A stretch of DNA of 64,000 nucleotides from Octopus vulgaris (lineage: Eukaryota), in assembly GCA_951406725.2 (NCBI GenBank), contig OX597815.1, positions 28,520,001 to 28,584,000 of the forward strand. Direction: 5' to 3'. The translations under genes and the position numbers were made by a program. The notes beneath the pieces are model-generated. The model did no database searches. It was not told the origin of the DNA and worked only from the letters and a program-made list of their open reading frames with translations. Numbering within the stretch: the first letter of the stretch is position 1; each line of letters starts with the position of its first letter. Shown one piece after another: positions 1 to 18,280 of this stretch.

Positions 1-153
1 CTTTATCAATGCATGCATACAAACATGCCTACATACATACAGAAATACATATATACATACATTCATTCATACATGTTGTTGCACTGAAAACAAAAATGAG
101 TGTTCCCTATTATTGGCAAATATACTTTATTGTTTATGTATTCTTATTTACAG

Positions 154-300
154 AAAGAAAGAAGCAAACAAAGAAATAGAGAAGTCGATAAGAAGGAGAA
201 GCTGCTCTTGTTAAAAAGGGTTAAACATCTAGAACAGTGCATGAGTGAATATGAAAGCATGTTGGATGGATGTAGCATGCCAATAGTCATTGAGTCACAG
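154..300 (+). CDS. Exon, 147 nt, phase 0-0: KERSKQRNREVDKKEKLLLLKRVKHLEQCMSEYESMLDGCSMPIVIESQ
   Basis: ttcttatttacag acceptor, CAG|gtaaaa donor, open charged helical frame. Confidence 0.85.
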
Positions 301-427
301 GTAAAACATATAATGACAAGGATAAGAAAAAAAAATTCCTTTTGTTTTCATTCATTTATTTTGCTGTTTCTTCTGTGTGAGTTATGGGATGCAGACCTAT
401 GTCTTTTGTTGTACAGCTAATATTATC

Positions 428-660
428 TATTTCTTTAGTACCCACAAGGGGCTAAACACAGAGGGGACAAACAAGGACAAACAAACGGATTAAGTCGATT
501 ACATCGACCCCAGTGCGTAAATGGTACTTATTTAATCGACCCCGAAAGGATGAAAGGTAAAGTCGACCTCGGCGGAATTTGAACTCAGAACGTAACGGCA
601 GACGAAATACCGCTGAGCATTTCGCCCGGCATGCTAACGTTTCTGCCAGCTCGCCGCCTT
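428..660 (-). mobile_element. tRNA-derived SINE, family 1
   Basis: Reverse complement of 18647-18877; TSD acagctaatattatc at 413-427 and 665-679. Confidence 0.85.
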
Positions 661-1607
661 TTGAACAGCTAATATTATCATAGTTCTTTGGGTGGTGGGG
701 AGGGCAACAAACCAAAGGAGAGATACAGACAGAAATACAATAGAGGAGAGGGATTAAGAGATTGGGAAAGTGAGAGAGAGAGAGAGAGAAAGAGAGAACG
801 AGAGAGAAATGAGTTGGATTACTATACTAGATGAGAGAGAGAGAGGTTTTAAAATGAGAAGGTGGGAAATAGAGAGGTGGTACATTTGAGAAGTAGTGAT
901 GCTTTAGAGAGATAAGTGAAAGAAAACTTAGAAGAGCAAGAAACATACACACGCACACACACACACACACACACACGCACATACAAACACACACACAGGC
1001 ACGCACAAGCACTTATATCACAGCCATGCTGGGACACCACCCTTGAAATGTTTAATCGAACAAATTGACCCCGATATTTATTTTAGAGCCTAGTACTTAT
1101 TCTATTGGTCTGTTTTGCCAAATTGCTAAGTTATCGGGGTGTCACCAAACCATCACAAAGGCAGACACAAACATACACACATGCGCTTGCACACACATAT
1201 ATATTATATATGTATGTTTGCGTATGTGTGTGTGTTTATATATACAAGCAAAACGCCACCCCCACCCCGTCCAATGGATGGTGCTGAGTTGTCAAACATT
1301 TAAACCAAATTTTCTCAAAACAACTTGTCCAACCATCCCATTTTGTGGTATTATTTCAAGCCAGTCAGCTTTTTTTGCGCAAACTGCACGTGCATTTTTC
1401 TCGCATACGCATAGTATCAATCACAACAGCTGATGTACTTGCATGTATAAATGCACGTTCCCACAGCTTTATAGATCGCATTCTCACCTGGAATCAATTT
1501 TTGTAATTTTTTCAAGACTTATATATGCCCTGTATCAAATTTGAGCGCAATCAGATGGAGGATGCCCAAGATCCTAGAAAATACACAGACACACAGAACG
1601 GATTTTA

Positions 1608-2405
1608 TATTATATAAAATTTAATAAGGGTAGAAATTGATATTAGTCAATTAAAACCAGTGGCTCAGCATATTAAAAAGAATCCGAAGATTAAAGTATT
1701 TTTACATACAAAATTTAAAGGACTGAACATGAAAAGTGGACAGTCAACATGCTAGATATAGACGTCAAATCGCTATTTTCCACAAAGAGTATGTTCTCAA
1801 ATAAAAACTCAGCACAAAACCAAAGCATTAAAAATAAGCAAGACAAATGAAAATATACGAAATAAAAATAATTACCCATGTACTGAATCAGTTTCGATTA
1901 TTATTATCTGCAAGGATAAACTGTAATCTCGTCAGCATGGTCTGTTATATAAAATACAATTTGCTGGACTAGATGCAAAAACGATTGACCGGAGTCTCGC
2001 ATGCATGGAGTTCAACCGATTATATTTGAATGTATTTTTCAAATGCCTTCACTTTGGCGCGCTGAGACCGGAAAAACCACCCTGCAGCTAATAAGTAGCA
2101 GCAGTCAATTTACCGGTTAGAGAACATATTTATTTAATATAAAATTTAATAAGGGTAGAAATTGATATTAGTCAATTAAAACCAGTGGCCCAGCATATTA
2201 AAAAGAATCCGAAGATTAAAATATTTTTACATACAAAATTTAAAGGACTGAACACGAAAAGTGGACAGTCAACATGCATGTTTGTCTGTTATTTGAGAAC
2301 ATACTCTTTGTGGAAAATAGCGATTTGACATCTATATCTAGCATGTTGACTGTCACTTTTCGTGTTCAGTCCTTTAAATTTTGTATGTAAAAAGATTTTA
2401 TATTA
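1608..2405. repeat. Direct plus inverted repeat block, Penelope pseudo-LTR-like
   Basis: ~1610-1755 repeated directly at ~2136-2277; ~1695-1805 inverted at ~2290-2395. Confidence 0.65.
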
Positions 2406-4151
2406 TAGATGTAAATACTTATATATAATTATAAATAGAGAAATATACTATGATAAAAATTTATTTTACCATTGGATATTCTTATTTAACAACAATTTAT
2501 TTCATTTTATGGGGGGGATGGTGAGGGAACAGAGATAGGAAAAGGGAGAGGTTGTGGTGAGTGACATTTGGAATTTATTTTTATTTTGAACAAAAGTTTT
2601 TTTACTTTATTACTTAGCCCATCTGTAACAATTTCATGCAATTAGTTGAAGGGAAAGGCAAAGAAAGAAAGAAAAAGGAGAGAGAAAAAGATGCTAAGGC
2701 AAAGAGTGAGAGAGAAAGAGGGAGAGTGTTGTGTATTAAGGCTATAAAATTGTACATAAAGTATATAAAATGTATATATAAAGTGCATTAAGTAATCTTC
2801 ATATTCCAATTTTCTTCACTTTTCCATGATTAGCAGATGAGCAACTATCTTTTGATACAGACACAACACAGGCTATGCTTTTAGGTTTTTTTTATAAAGT
2901 TTTCAGAAATAAGTTAATTCTGTGAAATATTCACAGTTCCACTAGTGTTTACAACAATACTGAAACATAATGCATGCATGACTGTGTGGTAAGAAGCATG
3001 TTTCCCAACCACATGTTTCCACGTTCAGTCCCACAGCTAAAATTCCTGAAAGCAATGCTTCAGTTTGCCTGCAGTCCAATGAGTGAAACCAGAATATAAT
3101 GGGAAAATACTCTTAAAGTAAGGTACCCCTGAAATGTGAATACAAATGGAATAAAACAAGTTTCGTGTAAATCAGACCATGGATTCGTGAGGTACATGTT
3201 TTTGTGGAGTACTACTAAAACTCTGTGATTGCTTGCCTGCTTGCATGCATGTTTGTCTGTAATTTAATACAGCCAAATGTGAATACAAATAGAATAAATC
3301 AAGTTTCATGTAAATCAGACCACGGATTCCTGAGATACACAGCTTTTTGTGGTACCTTCATAAATAGCCAAGACGGTGCATAATGGGGAAATACCCCAAA
3401 AGTAACATAACCCTTAAATGGGAATGTATAATACTGTGAAAATTGTTTCCATTCATTTTCTGTTTATGTTATATAAGAATTCCTTTTGCATTCTTGTAGA
3501 AATATGCACATATGCCATAGATAAATACTATTACCGGAATTTAAGTTTATCCTGGAAGTTCTATTTCTATTAGATGCTGCAAATAATCAATAAAACCTTA
3601 AACATGAATTTGTAAACAGACCTATGAAAACATGAATGAATTGAAATATTTAATTGAATCATCATTAAATTAGCTTTCATTTCAATGCAACGTTGAAATC
3701 AGCTTCAATGTTTTATAAGTTGAACTGTCAGTGACCCAGCGGGTCAAGGGTAGTGTAGCATTCTATAAACATGCCTTATTACAGCTCACACAAATGTATT
3801 CCCATAGGTGCACACACACACACACACACACACAACACACACACACTATATTTTGTGCTGTCAAAATGAGATAATATATAAAAATATTTTGACAACACAA
3901 AATATTTGTTTGTGTGCGTATGCATGTGTGTGTATACATGTGTGCGCATGCGTGTGTGTGTGTGTGTCTATCTGTCTGTGTGGGTGTGTGCAAGGTTCTA
4001 CTAAAAACCCCAAAGGATCTATTTCTCTCTCTTTCTTCCTCTCTCTTTCTGTTCATATATATATATATGTGTGTGTGCATAAGTGTGAGTGTGTGTGTGT
4101 GTGTGTGAGAGTATTTTATGTATATACAAGTATATTTCTTCTACATTGTAG

Positions 4152-4239
4152 AAAGACCCATATCACTTTTCATCGGAAGACATGGACTTGGATTTGGAAG
4201 ACCTTAATGATGACGCACCTATGGAATCAATTAATTTAA
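4152..4239 (+). CDS. Exon, 88 nt, phase 0-1: KDPYHFSSEDMDLDLEDLNDDAPMESINL
   Basis: ctacattgtag acceptor, A|gtaagg donor; phase 1 matches the next exon. Confidence 0.8.
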
Positions 4240-4457
4240 GTAAGGTTTAATTAGTAATCACTGGGATATTTTCTTTGCCTTTAACATTCTTTTTATTATG
4301 AGTTTCCTAATTAAATAAATGCTTATATTTTAAGTTTCTTTAATTATACATGCTTTTTAAAATAAACGTTTTAAATCTAGCAATAAACACACACACATCC
4401 ATCCATCCATCCATCCATCCATCCATCCATACATACATACATACATACATACATACA

Positions 4458-4804
4458 TTCGGAGATTCGGGGACCCCCTTCGGTCACGACACAGACCATG
4501 GGATTGCACCTAGAAAGTTACCCTCCTAGACAAGTCCGGGCGAGGTTGTTTATGGAAGACCAGCAGTCGCCCATGCATACCAGACTCCCCTCTCCACACC
4601 ACCAGTGTTATCCAAGGGAAAGGCAAAGGCTGATACAGCTTGGCACCAGTGACGTCGCAACTCATTTCTACAGCTGAGTGAACTGGAGCAACGTGAAATA
4701 AAGTGCCTTGCTCAAGAACACAACACGCAGCCCGATCCAGGATTCGAGCTCACAACCTCACGATCGTAAGCTCGATGCTCTAACCACTGAGCCATGCGCC
4801 TTCA
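4458..4804 (-). mobile_element. tRNA-derived CORE-type SINE inside (CATA)n
   Basis: Minus strand ggcgcatggctcagtggttagag A box, B-box-like ctcgaatcc, ttgagcaaggcacttta core. Confidence 0.8.
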
Positions 4805-4991
4805 CACGTACATACATACATACATACATACATACATACATACATACATAAAAGGAACTCAGAAAACAGTTAATATTAATGCTTTATAAAAGATACTCAT
4901 GTTTCATGTCACTGACAAACATTAATTATGCGAGTATGAAACCAAATTTGCATGAACAAATACCACCAGTCTCATTCATTGGACTTACTCA

Positions 4992-5026
<35 letters not shown>

Positions 5027-5027
<1 letters not shown>

Positions 5028-5263
5028 TGCTGGTGGCACATAAAAAGCACCAACCAATCGTGGCCATTGCCAGCCTCCCCTGGCATGTAAAAAGCACCTG
5101 TTACACTCACGGAGTGGTTGGCGTTAGGAAGGGCATCCAGCTGTAGAAACACTGCCAGATCAGACTGGAGCATGGTGCAGCCTCCTGGCTTTCCAGACCC
5201 TAGTCAAACCGTCCAACCCATGCTAGCATGGAAAACGGATGTTGAACGATGATGATGATGATG
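5027..5263 (+). mobile_element. RTE LINE 3'-end repeat with (GAT)n tail
   Basis: Matches the 3' end of the RTE element at 45527-47430. Confidence 0.8.
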
Positions 5264-5324
<61 letters not shown>

Positions 5325-5606
5325 ATTTCAACAATTGAGGGTAAAATTAATTAATTAATTATTAATCAATTTCACCAAGTGTTCAGTATGTAAAGGGACC
5401 ATTTAAGGCGAATTCAAATTATTACATTATATAAAAGGGCTTAGTGAAATAAATTACTTTGCCACATACTGAACTCATTAGAAATAGTAGCTAAAAAAAC
5501 TTTTTAAAACTATTTCTAATACTTAAAGAAAATCTCTCTCATATAGTGTTTGCTCAATTCAACTCACGAAAGTATGGGGGTAAAGACATTAAAAAATCAA
5601 ATGCAA

Positions 5607-5648
<42 letters not shown>

Positions 5649-5652
5649 TACA

Positions 5653-6460
5653 TACAGTGTATGGTGAATAAAATGTCATCTAAATTATGCAAAAATGAAA
5701 ATAACACTGACATCTCATTTTAACAGATATATTTACCAAAATTACATAAAAATATCTTGAAATACTAAAGAGTAAATTTATTGAGTAAAATTGTCATTGG
5801 CTTCAACCACAGCCTCCAGACACCTCCAGAATCTCCGGCAACTCTTCTAGGCGGTCTCCTTGTTTAAGTTGGTGAATGCTGCCATAATCTGTGCCTTCAG
5901 TTCATCTTTGGTGTCAAAAGGAGTTTTGCTGGTCTCTCGCTCAACTGCACCTCATCCACAATAATTAAGGAGGTTGCAGTCTGGGGAGTTGGGTGGCCTG
6001 ATGTTAGGAGTGATGTGGTTGCAGAAAATGTCTGACAGCTATGACTGGGTTCTTTTGCTTGTGTGGCATGATGCAGAGTCCTGTTGCTAGACATAGGGTC
6101 TTCCAGAAACCATCTTCTTGACCCAAGGCAGCACTATCTCCTCCAAGCACTTGATATAGGATCCTAATGTTGAGTCTGAGGTCATTTAGGATGATGAATA
6201 GAAGCATAACGTCACCATCACTAGTGATCCCTCCAAACACTATGATGTTAGTATTGGAGCCTCCGGCATGAATGCCAAGCCATACAGCATGTTGTTTCCA
6301 AATTTCTGGCAGAGTGAATTGTGTCATGGTGCTATTTTTCTCACGGATGGTGTCCAACTGACCCTACTATACTGTGTAGTTGGCAAAATCAAAAACAAAC
6401 AATGCACATGCATGAAATTTAAAATATAAAATGGTGACAATTTACCCATCGCTCCATGTA
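5653..6460 (-). mobile_element. Deleted Tc1/mariner-superfamily transposon
   Basis: Minus-strand VFGGITSDG and PPNSPDCN-type transposase motifs; TA-flanked degenerate TIRs; related fragment at 32340-32590. Confidence 0.75.
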
Positions 6461-6466
6461 TATACA

Positions 6467-10340
<3,874 letters not shown>

Positions 10341-10439
10341 CAAAGACAAAAAAGGAAATATTATTAATTAAGAAGTAATCCATAATTTCACCAAGTAGAA
10401 TTCGGCATGAAAAAAGGACCATTTCATGGTAAACTTAAG

Positions 10440-10646
10440 TATACTTAATAATTAGGGTTCAGCAAAGATTTGCTTTACCACATACCAAAGTTTAGAAATA
10501 GCAGCCAAAAGCCTTAGCTATTTCTTGGACTCCCAGAAAGGAGTCCCTTTTTAAAGTAGAAGAAATAGCTAAGGTTTTTGGCTGCTATTTCTAAACTTCG
10601 GTATGTGGTAAAGCAAATCTTTGCTGAACCTTAATTATTAAGTATA
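10440..10646. repeat. Fold-back inverted repeat, ~90-bp arms
   Basis: cagcaaagatttgctttaccacatacc / ggtatgtggtaaagcaaatctttgctg; related sequence at 5340-5520. Confidence 0.85.
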
Positions 10647-11158
10647 TATATATGTATGTATGTATATATATATATGTTTGTATGTATATATGTATGTATG
10701 TATATCTATGTGTGTGTCTTTGTGTCTGTGTTTGTCCCACCCACCCATCATCACTTGACAACTGGTGTTGGTGTGTTTATATACCTAGTGGTTTGGAAAA
10801 AGGAGACTGATAAAATAAGTAATAGGCTTTAAAATAAAGTCTTGGGGTTGAATTGTTCTACAAAAACACTTCAAAGTGGTGCTCCAGCATGACCACAGTC
10901 AAATGACTGAAACAAGTTAAAAAATAAATTTATAAATAAATAAACTTTATTGGTTGCACATACATGGTGTTTGCATTTTACTTATACCCATTTGTTGTGG
11001 AATAGTATCTAGGGAAAGCTCACTACACAAAAAAACAAACAAATACCGAATGTCCCAGAGCAAGAATGGTAGATATTGATATTTTACCATTATTATAGTT
11101 TATCAATATCATTTACCTTGAAACAAAGTGAATTGCTGGTCTGGGACTTATATACAAA

Positions 11159-11965
11159 CTAGCAGCATAGCCTAGCGTTGCCCGGGTATGTAAGAGCCCC
11201 TAGTAGGCAATGACTAATCCCAATCTAGTCCTTTCCCCCTAGGGAACGAAGGTGCATGTGTTGGTTGCAATGTCTTCTCTTCACTCCCAAATAACTATCA
11301 AACAGCTATCGATAATTCAACCCAACCAATTCCTACCAGGAAGAAATTACATTCGAGACTTTACTCCCAACACTGCCACTTCTGCTAATAGCTGCTGCAG
11401 CCGCAAGTTATTTGAATACTTTTTTTGTTTACACTTTCTTTATAACTACTACCCCAAACGTTTTACCTTAAATTTTTGACGTACCCTAAGGGTCCTCGGA
11501 CGCTACTTGCAAACTCTTGGTTTATTATAAAGTGCTTTTGTCATCTGCACCAAAAAAACCTTTTCCATTCGTTTGTTCAGTTTGGTCACTTTTGACTTTT
11601 TCATTGTTGTCACTCACATTGCTGCCCGCTTTTTTGCCGTTTTTGTACATTTTTATACATTTTGGGATACTTACCCCACATGTTCCGAGAGTTAAAAAGG
11701 TCGAGTTGCGTCCCCTAGACAGTCTGTAGAAAATGTGTTGCATATAAGAAGCTTAGATTCTCGACCCATGTTGAATTTATCGATTTTTTTTCAGAACTGG
11801 GGGAATTTTCAAAATTTTCGCTGCGTTAGTTTGGAATTATGACATTGGGCTATGTGTGTGTCAAGTTTCATCAGAATCGGTTGAAAGCCGTGGTCAGGGT
11901 GAGGGTACAACCTGACAGACACACAGACACACATACAGACAAACTGCCGTTTATATATAGAGAGA
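11159..11965 (-). mobile_element. Non-autonomous Helitron
   Basis: Minus strand starts TCTCTATATATAAAC and ends cccgggcaacgctaggc..CTAG. Confidence 0.72.
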
Positions 11966-12411
11966 TAGAGTGATGTGTTGCAGTGTTACAGTGGGGAAAA
12001 ATAAATTGAAGAGTTGTCTCACCTGGTCTGGAACATTCAGTGTTTTTTAACACTTGGCATCAGGTAAGAAGCTTTTCCCGGAATGCTATCCTAAAGCAAA
12101 TGTGTGTATAAAAAAAAAACACATACTCTATGTATGCATGACTGATAATGTTTATATTACTAGATCTGATTTTAATTTATGATTCAGTTTTCTTTCACAG
12201 GTGCTATGCTGCAACACATAACTCTAATTTGCATATAAACCCAAGATCAACAATTCATTTCATTTATCAATACACATATTTCAGGAGTGATTGACATATT
12301 CCACACTATAAAAACAAAGCTACCAATATTTTCACAAAGCCCCAAAATGATAAATCTGGTTGGTGAATATCTCATAAAAAAAATAGTAAACATTGACCAA
12401 AAAATCTTTAA

Positions 12412-12630
12412 CCCTTTCGTTACTGTATTTCTTTTGAGATGCTCTGTGTTTCTTTCAATTACTTTAAATATAACAAAGAATTTAGTAAAATAACATAGTC
12501 ATCATTTAGTTAGTGTTAGGAACATAATTTGTGACTAAGGTTTGGTGAAAGTTTTAATTCAAAATTTATGAAAACAAAACTTTTGTACGCAGAGCCAGAG
12601 CCGGTTTCAGCTGGGTTGGTAACAAAAGGG
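12412..12630. mobile_element. piggyBac-type MITE
   Basis: TTAA|CCCTTTCGTTAC ... GTAACAAAAGGG|TTAA. Confidence 0.82.
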
Positions 12631-12995
12631 TTAAGACCATCTCACGAGGCCAAAATTCACAGCAGAGGATAATTCAGAATTTTCCCTGAAGGACCGGGGA
12701 GACAATAGATGTAAAATATGTAGCAACAACAACTTCAAATATTTGGACACTTTGTGCTTTGTTTTCTTATGCATTTAAAAAAGAAAGTTCTAGCCTAAGG
12801 TTAAATTATTCGTGTTTAAAATATATTTTAGTAAATTTTTAAATGATATCATATGAACTCATATAACATTTTTGTTTTTTGTTTGTCCTGTGTTGTCCCA
12901 TTCTGTTTAAGATTGTCCTGATCATAATAAAGATTCCATTTTGAAGTATTGTGCAAAAAATTTAATGTTTAAAATTTTTTCTTCTCTTTCTTAAG

Positions 12996-13066
12996 GAATC
13001 AAAGTGAACAAAGTTCAGCAAGATTTTGTAAGAGAAAAAATGAAGTCAAAACAAATGTCTCAAGAA
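12996..13066 (+). CDS. Exon, 71 nt, phase 1-0: (R)IKVNKVQQDFVREKMKSKQMSQE
   Basis: Long polypyrimidine tract + ttaag, GAA|gttagt donor, frame continuous with neighbours. Confidence 0.82.
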
Positions 13067-13165
13067 GTTAGTATCTGTATCTTTTTCAATATCATAAAAT
13101 CATATAATTTTTCTTAATATTAAGCAAACCATTTCAGTATATAAACAGATTATAGTATAATCATA

Positions 13166-13397
13166 TACTCTTTACTCTTTACTCTTTTACTTGTTTCAGT
13201 CATTTGACTGCGGCCATGCTGGAGCACCGCCTTTAGTTGAGCAACTCGACCCCGGGATCTTATTCTTTTTGTAAGCCCAGTACTTATTCTATCGGTCTCT
13301 TTTGCCAAACCATTAAGTAACGGGGACATAAACACACCAGCATCGGTTGTCAAGCAATGCTAGGGGGACAAACACAGACACACAAACACACACACGC

Positions 13398-13446
<49 letters not shown>

Positions 13447-13612
13447 TACAACGGGCTTCTTTCAGTTTCCATCTACCAAATCCACTCACAAGGCTTTGGT
13501 CGGCCCGACGCTATAGTAGAAGACACTTGCCCAAAGTGCCACGCAGTGGGACTGAACCCGGAACCATGTGGTTGGTAAACAAGCTACTTACCAAACAGCC
13601 ACTCCTGTGCCT
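13166..13612 (-). mobile_element. tRNA-derived SINE, family 2, with internal microsatellite
   Basis: Reverse complement of copies at 21854, 26651, 37103 and 62589. Confidence 0.88.
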
Positions 13613-14063
13613 ATATACTTATATAAATATACTTTTTGTGTGAATATCTATGTATACATGAATGTGAATGTATTTGCATGCACATGTGAGTGTATGTGTG
13701 TGTACAAGCAACTGTATGTGTGTCTTCAAGCAAGTGTTTGTAAGTGCACCCTTGTCTGCATATGTGCATATGTCTGTGTGCATGTAAGCATGTGTTATTT
13801 TTTAATGGTTCAGCAAGGCAGAAAGGTGCAGTGATTATGACCTTCACAAACCCTCTAAGACTGTTTGGATCATTATCTTTGATTGGTTTATGTCGATGTT
13901 CTCATAAGTAATGATGGGCAAAGTAGTTCCTGTGGAGTCTGAGGATGACATGGGTAGAATTAAATGATAGGTGACAAGAGGGGAAGATGAGAGGATGTAC
14001 CAGGTGGGTTAGATGGTGTTGATATGTGACTAACTAGTTTATAGGAACAAAAGCTGTTGTAAT

Positions 14064-14520
14064 CATCATCATCAACATCATCATCATCATCATTCGCTTT
14101 CCATGCTGGCATGGGTTGGATGGTTCAACTGGGGTCTGGGAAGCCAGAAGGCTGCACCAGGCCCAGTTAGATCTGGCAATGTTTCTATGGCTGGATGCCC
14201 TTCCTAATGCCAACCACTCCATGAGTGTAGTGGGTGCTTTTTACGTGCCACTGGCACAGGTGCCAGACGAGGCTGGCAAACGACCACGATCGGATGGTGC
14301 TTTTTATGTGCCACCGGCACGGAGGCCAGGCGAGGCTGGCAACGGCCATGATCGGATAGTGCATTTTATGTGCCACCGGCACGGAGGCTAGGTGAGGCTG
14401 GCAACGGCCATGATTGGATGGTGCTTTTTATGTGCCACCGGCACGGAGGCCAGGCAAGGCTGGCAATGGCCATGATCGGATGGTGCTTTTTACGTGCAAC
14501 CAGCACGGAGGCCAGGTGAG
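14064..14520 (-). mobile_element. RTE 3'-end repeat with internal ~59-bp tandem units
   Basis: (ATC)n tail, ctggatgcccttcctaatgccaaccactc motif, about five tandem units. Confidence 0.82.
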
Positions 14521-14809
14521 TTGTAGTAAACAGAATGAAGGGACAAAATATTTGTGGACTAGAAGCTGCAGTGTATAGGCGAGTATTTTCTAGTTAGTCA
14601 AATATCCTTCTACTGTTGTGGTCCAAAATGCTTGTATCTTTAGTAACAGTACTGTTCCAAATGTGAGAACACAATGATACTATGGGTTATGTTTGAGCTT
14701 TGTTGAAAGTCAATGACTGTTGAAAGTTGGAATATTATATCACTCTTGAGTATTTGTCATGTATTTTTAGTTATATAATGAACTAAGAAATTTCATCAGA
14801 GACTTTGTG

Positions 14810-14862
<53 letters not shown>

Positions 14863-15259
14863 GTGCATGTGTGTGCATTATTAAAACACTGTAGTTAATA
14901 GATTTAAGTGATCTGTTAGGATGTTGATTTGTTGTGATGGGAAAATATTGTATTCATCTATTTAGCAAAGAAAAGAATTCATTAATTTATTCACACATCA
15001 ATAAAAACATTTAATATTGCTAATATTCCTGGAAAAGTACAGGCAGTGAACTGGCAGAATGCTTAGCAGCATTTCGTCCATCTTTACACTCTGAGTTCAA
15101 TTTTCACCGAAGTCAACTTTTCATCCTTGTAGAGTCAATAAAATAAGTATCAGTTGAGCACTGGGTTGATGTATTTAAATCAATATTACAGGAAAAGTAA
15201 TGGATACCACAACTCTGAATTTCATCAGAGAAGAGAGTTTGTCAATTCCTTTATGTTGT

Positions 15260-15880
15260 GAAGACCTGCTGAGGCAAGTGAAATCAAAATCGAAATCAAA
15301 ATTGAATTCGAAATCGAACCAAATTCATCGACTGGCACCCATGCCAACTTTCCTTCCCTGGACACTAAACTCTGCTTGCGAAGACCTGTTGGGTCAAATG
15401 AAATCGAAACTGAACCAAATTTGATGACTGGTTCCCATGCCAGTGGAGCGCTAACAGCTCCATCCAAGCAGGATCACTGCCAGAACAGCTGTCTGGCACG
15501 TAAAGAGTACCATTTGAGCATGACCGTTGTCAGCGTCCCCTCACTGGCACTTGTGCTGGTGGCACGTGAACAAAACATTCAAACGAGGTCGTTGCCAGTG
15601 CTGCTAGACTTACTCCTGTGCAGGTGGTATGTAAAAAACACCATTTTAGAGCATGGTCGTTGCCAGTACCACCAGACTGGCCCTCGTGCTGGTGGCACTT
15701 TAAAAGCACCCACTACTCTCTTGGAGTGGTTGGCGTTGGGAAGGGCATCCAGCTGTAGAAACTCTGCCAGATTAGATTGGAGCCTGGCACAGCCATCTGG
15801 TTCACCAGTCCTCAGTTAAATCATCCAACCCATGCTAGCATGGAAAGTGGACGTTAAACGATGATGATGATGATGATGAT
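15260..15880 (+). mobile_element. RTE 3'-UTR repeat
   Basis: Same family motif and (GAT)n tail. Confidence 0.78.
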
Positions 15881-16206
15881 CAATTAAAAACTCTTAACCA
15901 ATATTGCTATTATAAGAAAAGTAATGTACCACAACTTTAAATTCCATCACATACAAACAAATGTCATATTTGATACCTTAACAGAAATCTATAAATTTAT
16001 AGGGAAAGGAAATGAAGTTGCATGAAGTGTTAACATCTTAGTAAACCAAATTATGTCTGGGTTTCAGTTTCTAACTCAAATTATTATCCCTTCACCTCAT
16101 TTATGTGCATCAAAGTCAAGAACATCACAATTTTATATTGTTCCTTTAAAGGTTTCATGTCTTATTAAGTCATTCTGTCAATTTTATTTCTTTGGTTATC
16201 TTACAG

Positions 16207-16260
16207 ATGTTAATTAGAAATAAAATGTTGAACAATTACATCAAAGAAAATGAAAAGTTG
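16207..16260 (+). CDS. Exon, 54 nt: MLIRNKMLNNYIKENEKL
   Basis: ttacag acceptor, consensus gtaagt donor, phase 0-0. Confidence 0.85.
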
Positions 16261-16509
16261 GTAAGTAGGTGATAATTGGTTAATCTATATAAAATACTCC
16301 AGATAATACAAAAATATATAATCCACATAAAATACCCCAGTTTATAAATCACATTTGGTAATATGTGATGGATTAAATCTTCCTGGGTATTCATACATTA
16401 GATTTGATATGATGACTGTGAGTTTTTGCATATATTTTATTGTTTGTCAATGCCATTTACAGAAAAGTAATTAGCTTTTCACTTCTGAAAATAATAATTT
16501 TTGTTTTAG

Positions 16510-16584
16510 AAATCTGAAAAAATGGGGTCAAGTGTAGATCATAGCAGGGTGGCTGCATTAAAAATTAAAACTATGAAGGAAGAG
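16510..16584 (+). CDS. Exon, 75 nt: KSEKMGSSVDHSRVAALKIKTMKEE
   Basis: ttgttttag acceptor, GAG|gtaaat donor, phase 0-0. Confidence 0.85.
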
Positions 16585-16620
16585 GTAAATAACCATTTTC
16601 TTTTTTACTTTCAGTTTCTC

Positions 16621-16663
<43 letters not shown>

Positions 16664-18280
16664 TTCATTTTGATTATGGTAACCATAATCAAAATAAATA
16701 AATATTCCTACTAACCTATAAGTCATATATTTGAAGTTTGTTATTAGTACTCATGTATGATATTTCTCTTTCTTTGGTATTTTCTACATTAAATATGAGA
16801 TCACTTAACCATATGACATTAATAGCGGGATGTTCACCATTATCTCAGTATAAAATTTATCTTATCTTATTTCAGTATCCATAACTGACATATGGAACAC
16901 ATCATGCATGTAAGTTTGTTCCATTCTAGAATTTCATAAGATGTCTAACAGGAGCTGTAACTCTAAAATGTTAGTAATTCAAACCAACTTGTGGCATTGC
17001 TTTATACATACAAGCAAAGTGCATTATTTATTTACCTCATCCAACTCAACTGATAATAGTTATCCCTTCCTTTTTATGATAATATTCGCTTATTTGTTTT
17101 ACGTCTATCTTTTCATGCTAGTATTATTACATGAATGCATATTATTAAGGCATTGTTTTACAACCAAATGCCTTTCCCATTGCTAACCTTTGCTTGTTTT
17201 CAAAGTAAATCTTCATTCCATTTCTCTTCAAAAATGATGGGCTACTGGATAATTTATAGATGGTATTGTTTGTCAACAAATTACACTATCTATAGCTCAG
17301 CTCATCAGAGAATTTAACACTCACACAGACACACATGCAGGCACGACTTCGTATATTTTCTGTCTACTAAATTCACTCACAAAGCATTGGTTGTCCTGAT
17401 GCTACAATAGAAGACACTTGCCCAAAGTGTTACACAATGGGACTGAGCCCCAAATTACATGATTGTGAAGCAGTCTTCTAAACTACGCAATCCTGTGCCT
17501 TTCCATGTTTGTACTTATAGGCATATTTACAGGATAGCTATTGTTATTGTTGATGTTGCTATTGTTTTCCAGTCTCAGTTAGCAGAGCCTGAATAGATGG
17601 CTATCATGAAAAGACATTTTGATATTTCTTCACAAATTCATGTGTATGTTGGGTTCAGTAGATTTTTGCTGTATATGCTATAGTTATTGGCTCTGTTTGC
17701 CATAAAAAAATCAAGGTCTCTGATTTGTGCTACATATTCATATAATAAATTTGCCTTGATGCTACAGTTCTAACTATTTCATCACATTCTTTGTGACTAC
17801 TTGCAATTTAATTTTTTAAGCTAAATCCTTTCATTCTCCTTTCATTCTTAGTCAGCTTTCTGACTAACTGATATTTCTCAAGGAACAAGAAACTTTCAAA
17901 TAATGAATCTCTTGGCTAATATAAAACAATAGTTACCACTTTGAATGTCTAACCTCTTTTGAAACAGTTCTGAGAAGAACTGGAATTAAAACTATGAATG
18001 CAGTATTCCACTCATAAATTGTACATCTTTAGTTATTCAGATTGATCTAAGTCTTATTTGTCCTTATTCCAGTGGTATTAATAGCTAAATTCTAGTTCAG
18101 AATCAAGAGATCTTGGCTTTTTCTCTATATCAACATACATACATGCTTATATGTGTGTGAGTATGTAATATGCTTTGCATTAGTTTGCATATTTTCTCTT
18201 GTGTTTTTTCAGTTGTTTGTTGCAATTAATTAAATTTTATTTTACCTGAAGAAATCATGTTTTCAACTACTTTGATTTAG

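Noticed and set aside
4240-4250. Alternative donor at 4245 (AAG|gtttaa)
   Set aside because: Phase 0 would frameshift the 12996 exon; gtaagg at 4240 is stronger and fits
12201-12240. Strong acceptor-like ttttctttcacag as an extra exon
   Set aside because: The required phase hits a stop within 13 codons with no donor; 4239 joins 12996 in frame without it
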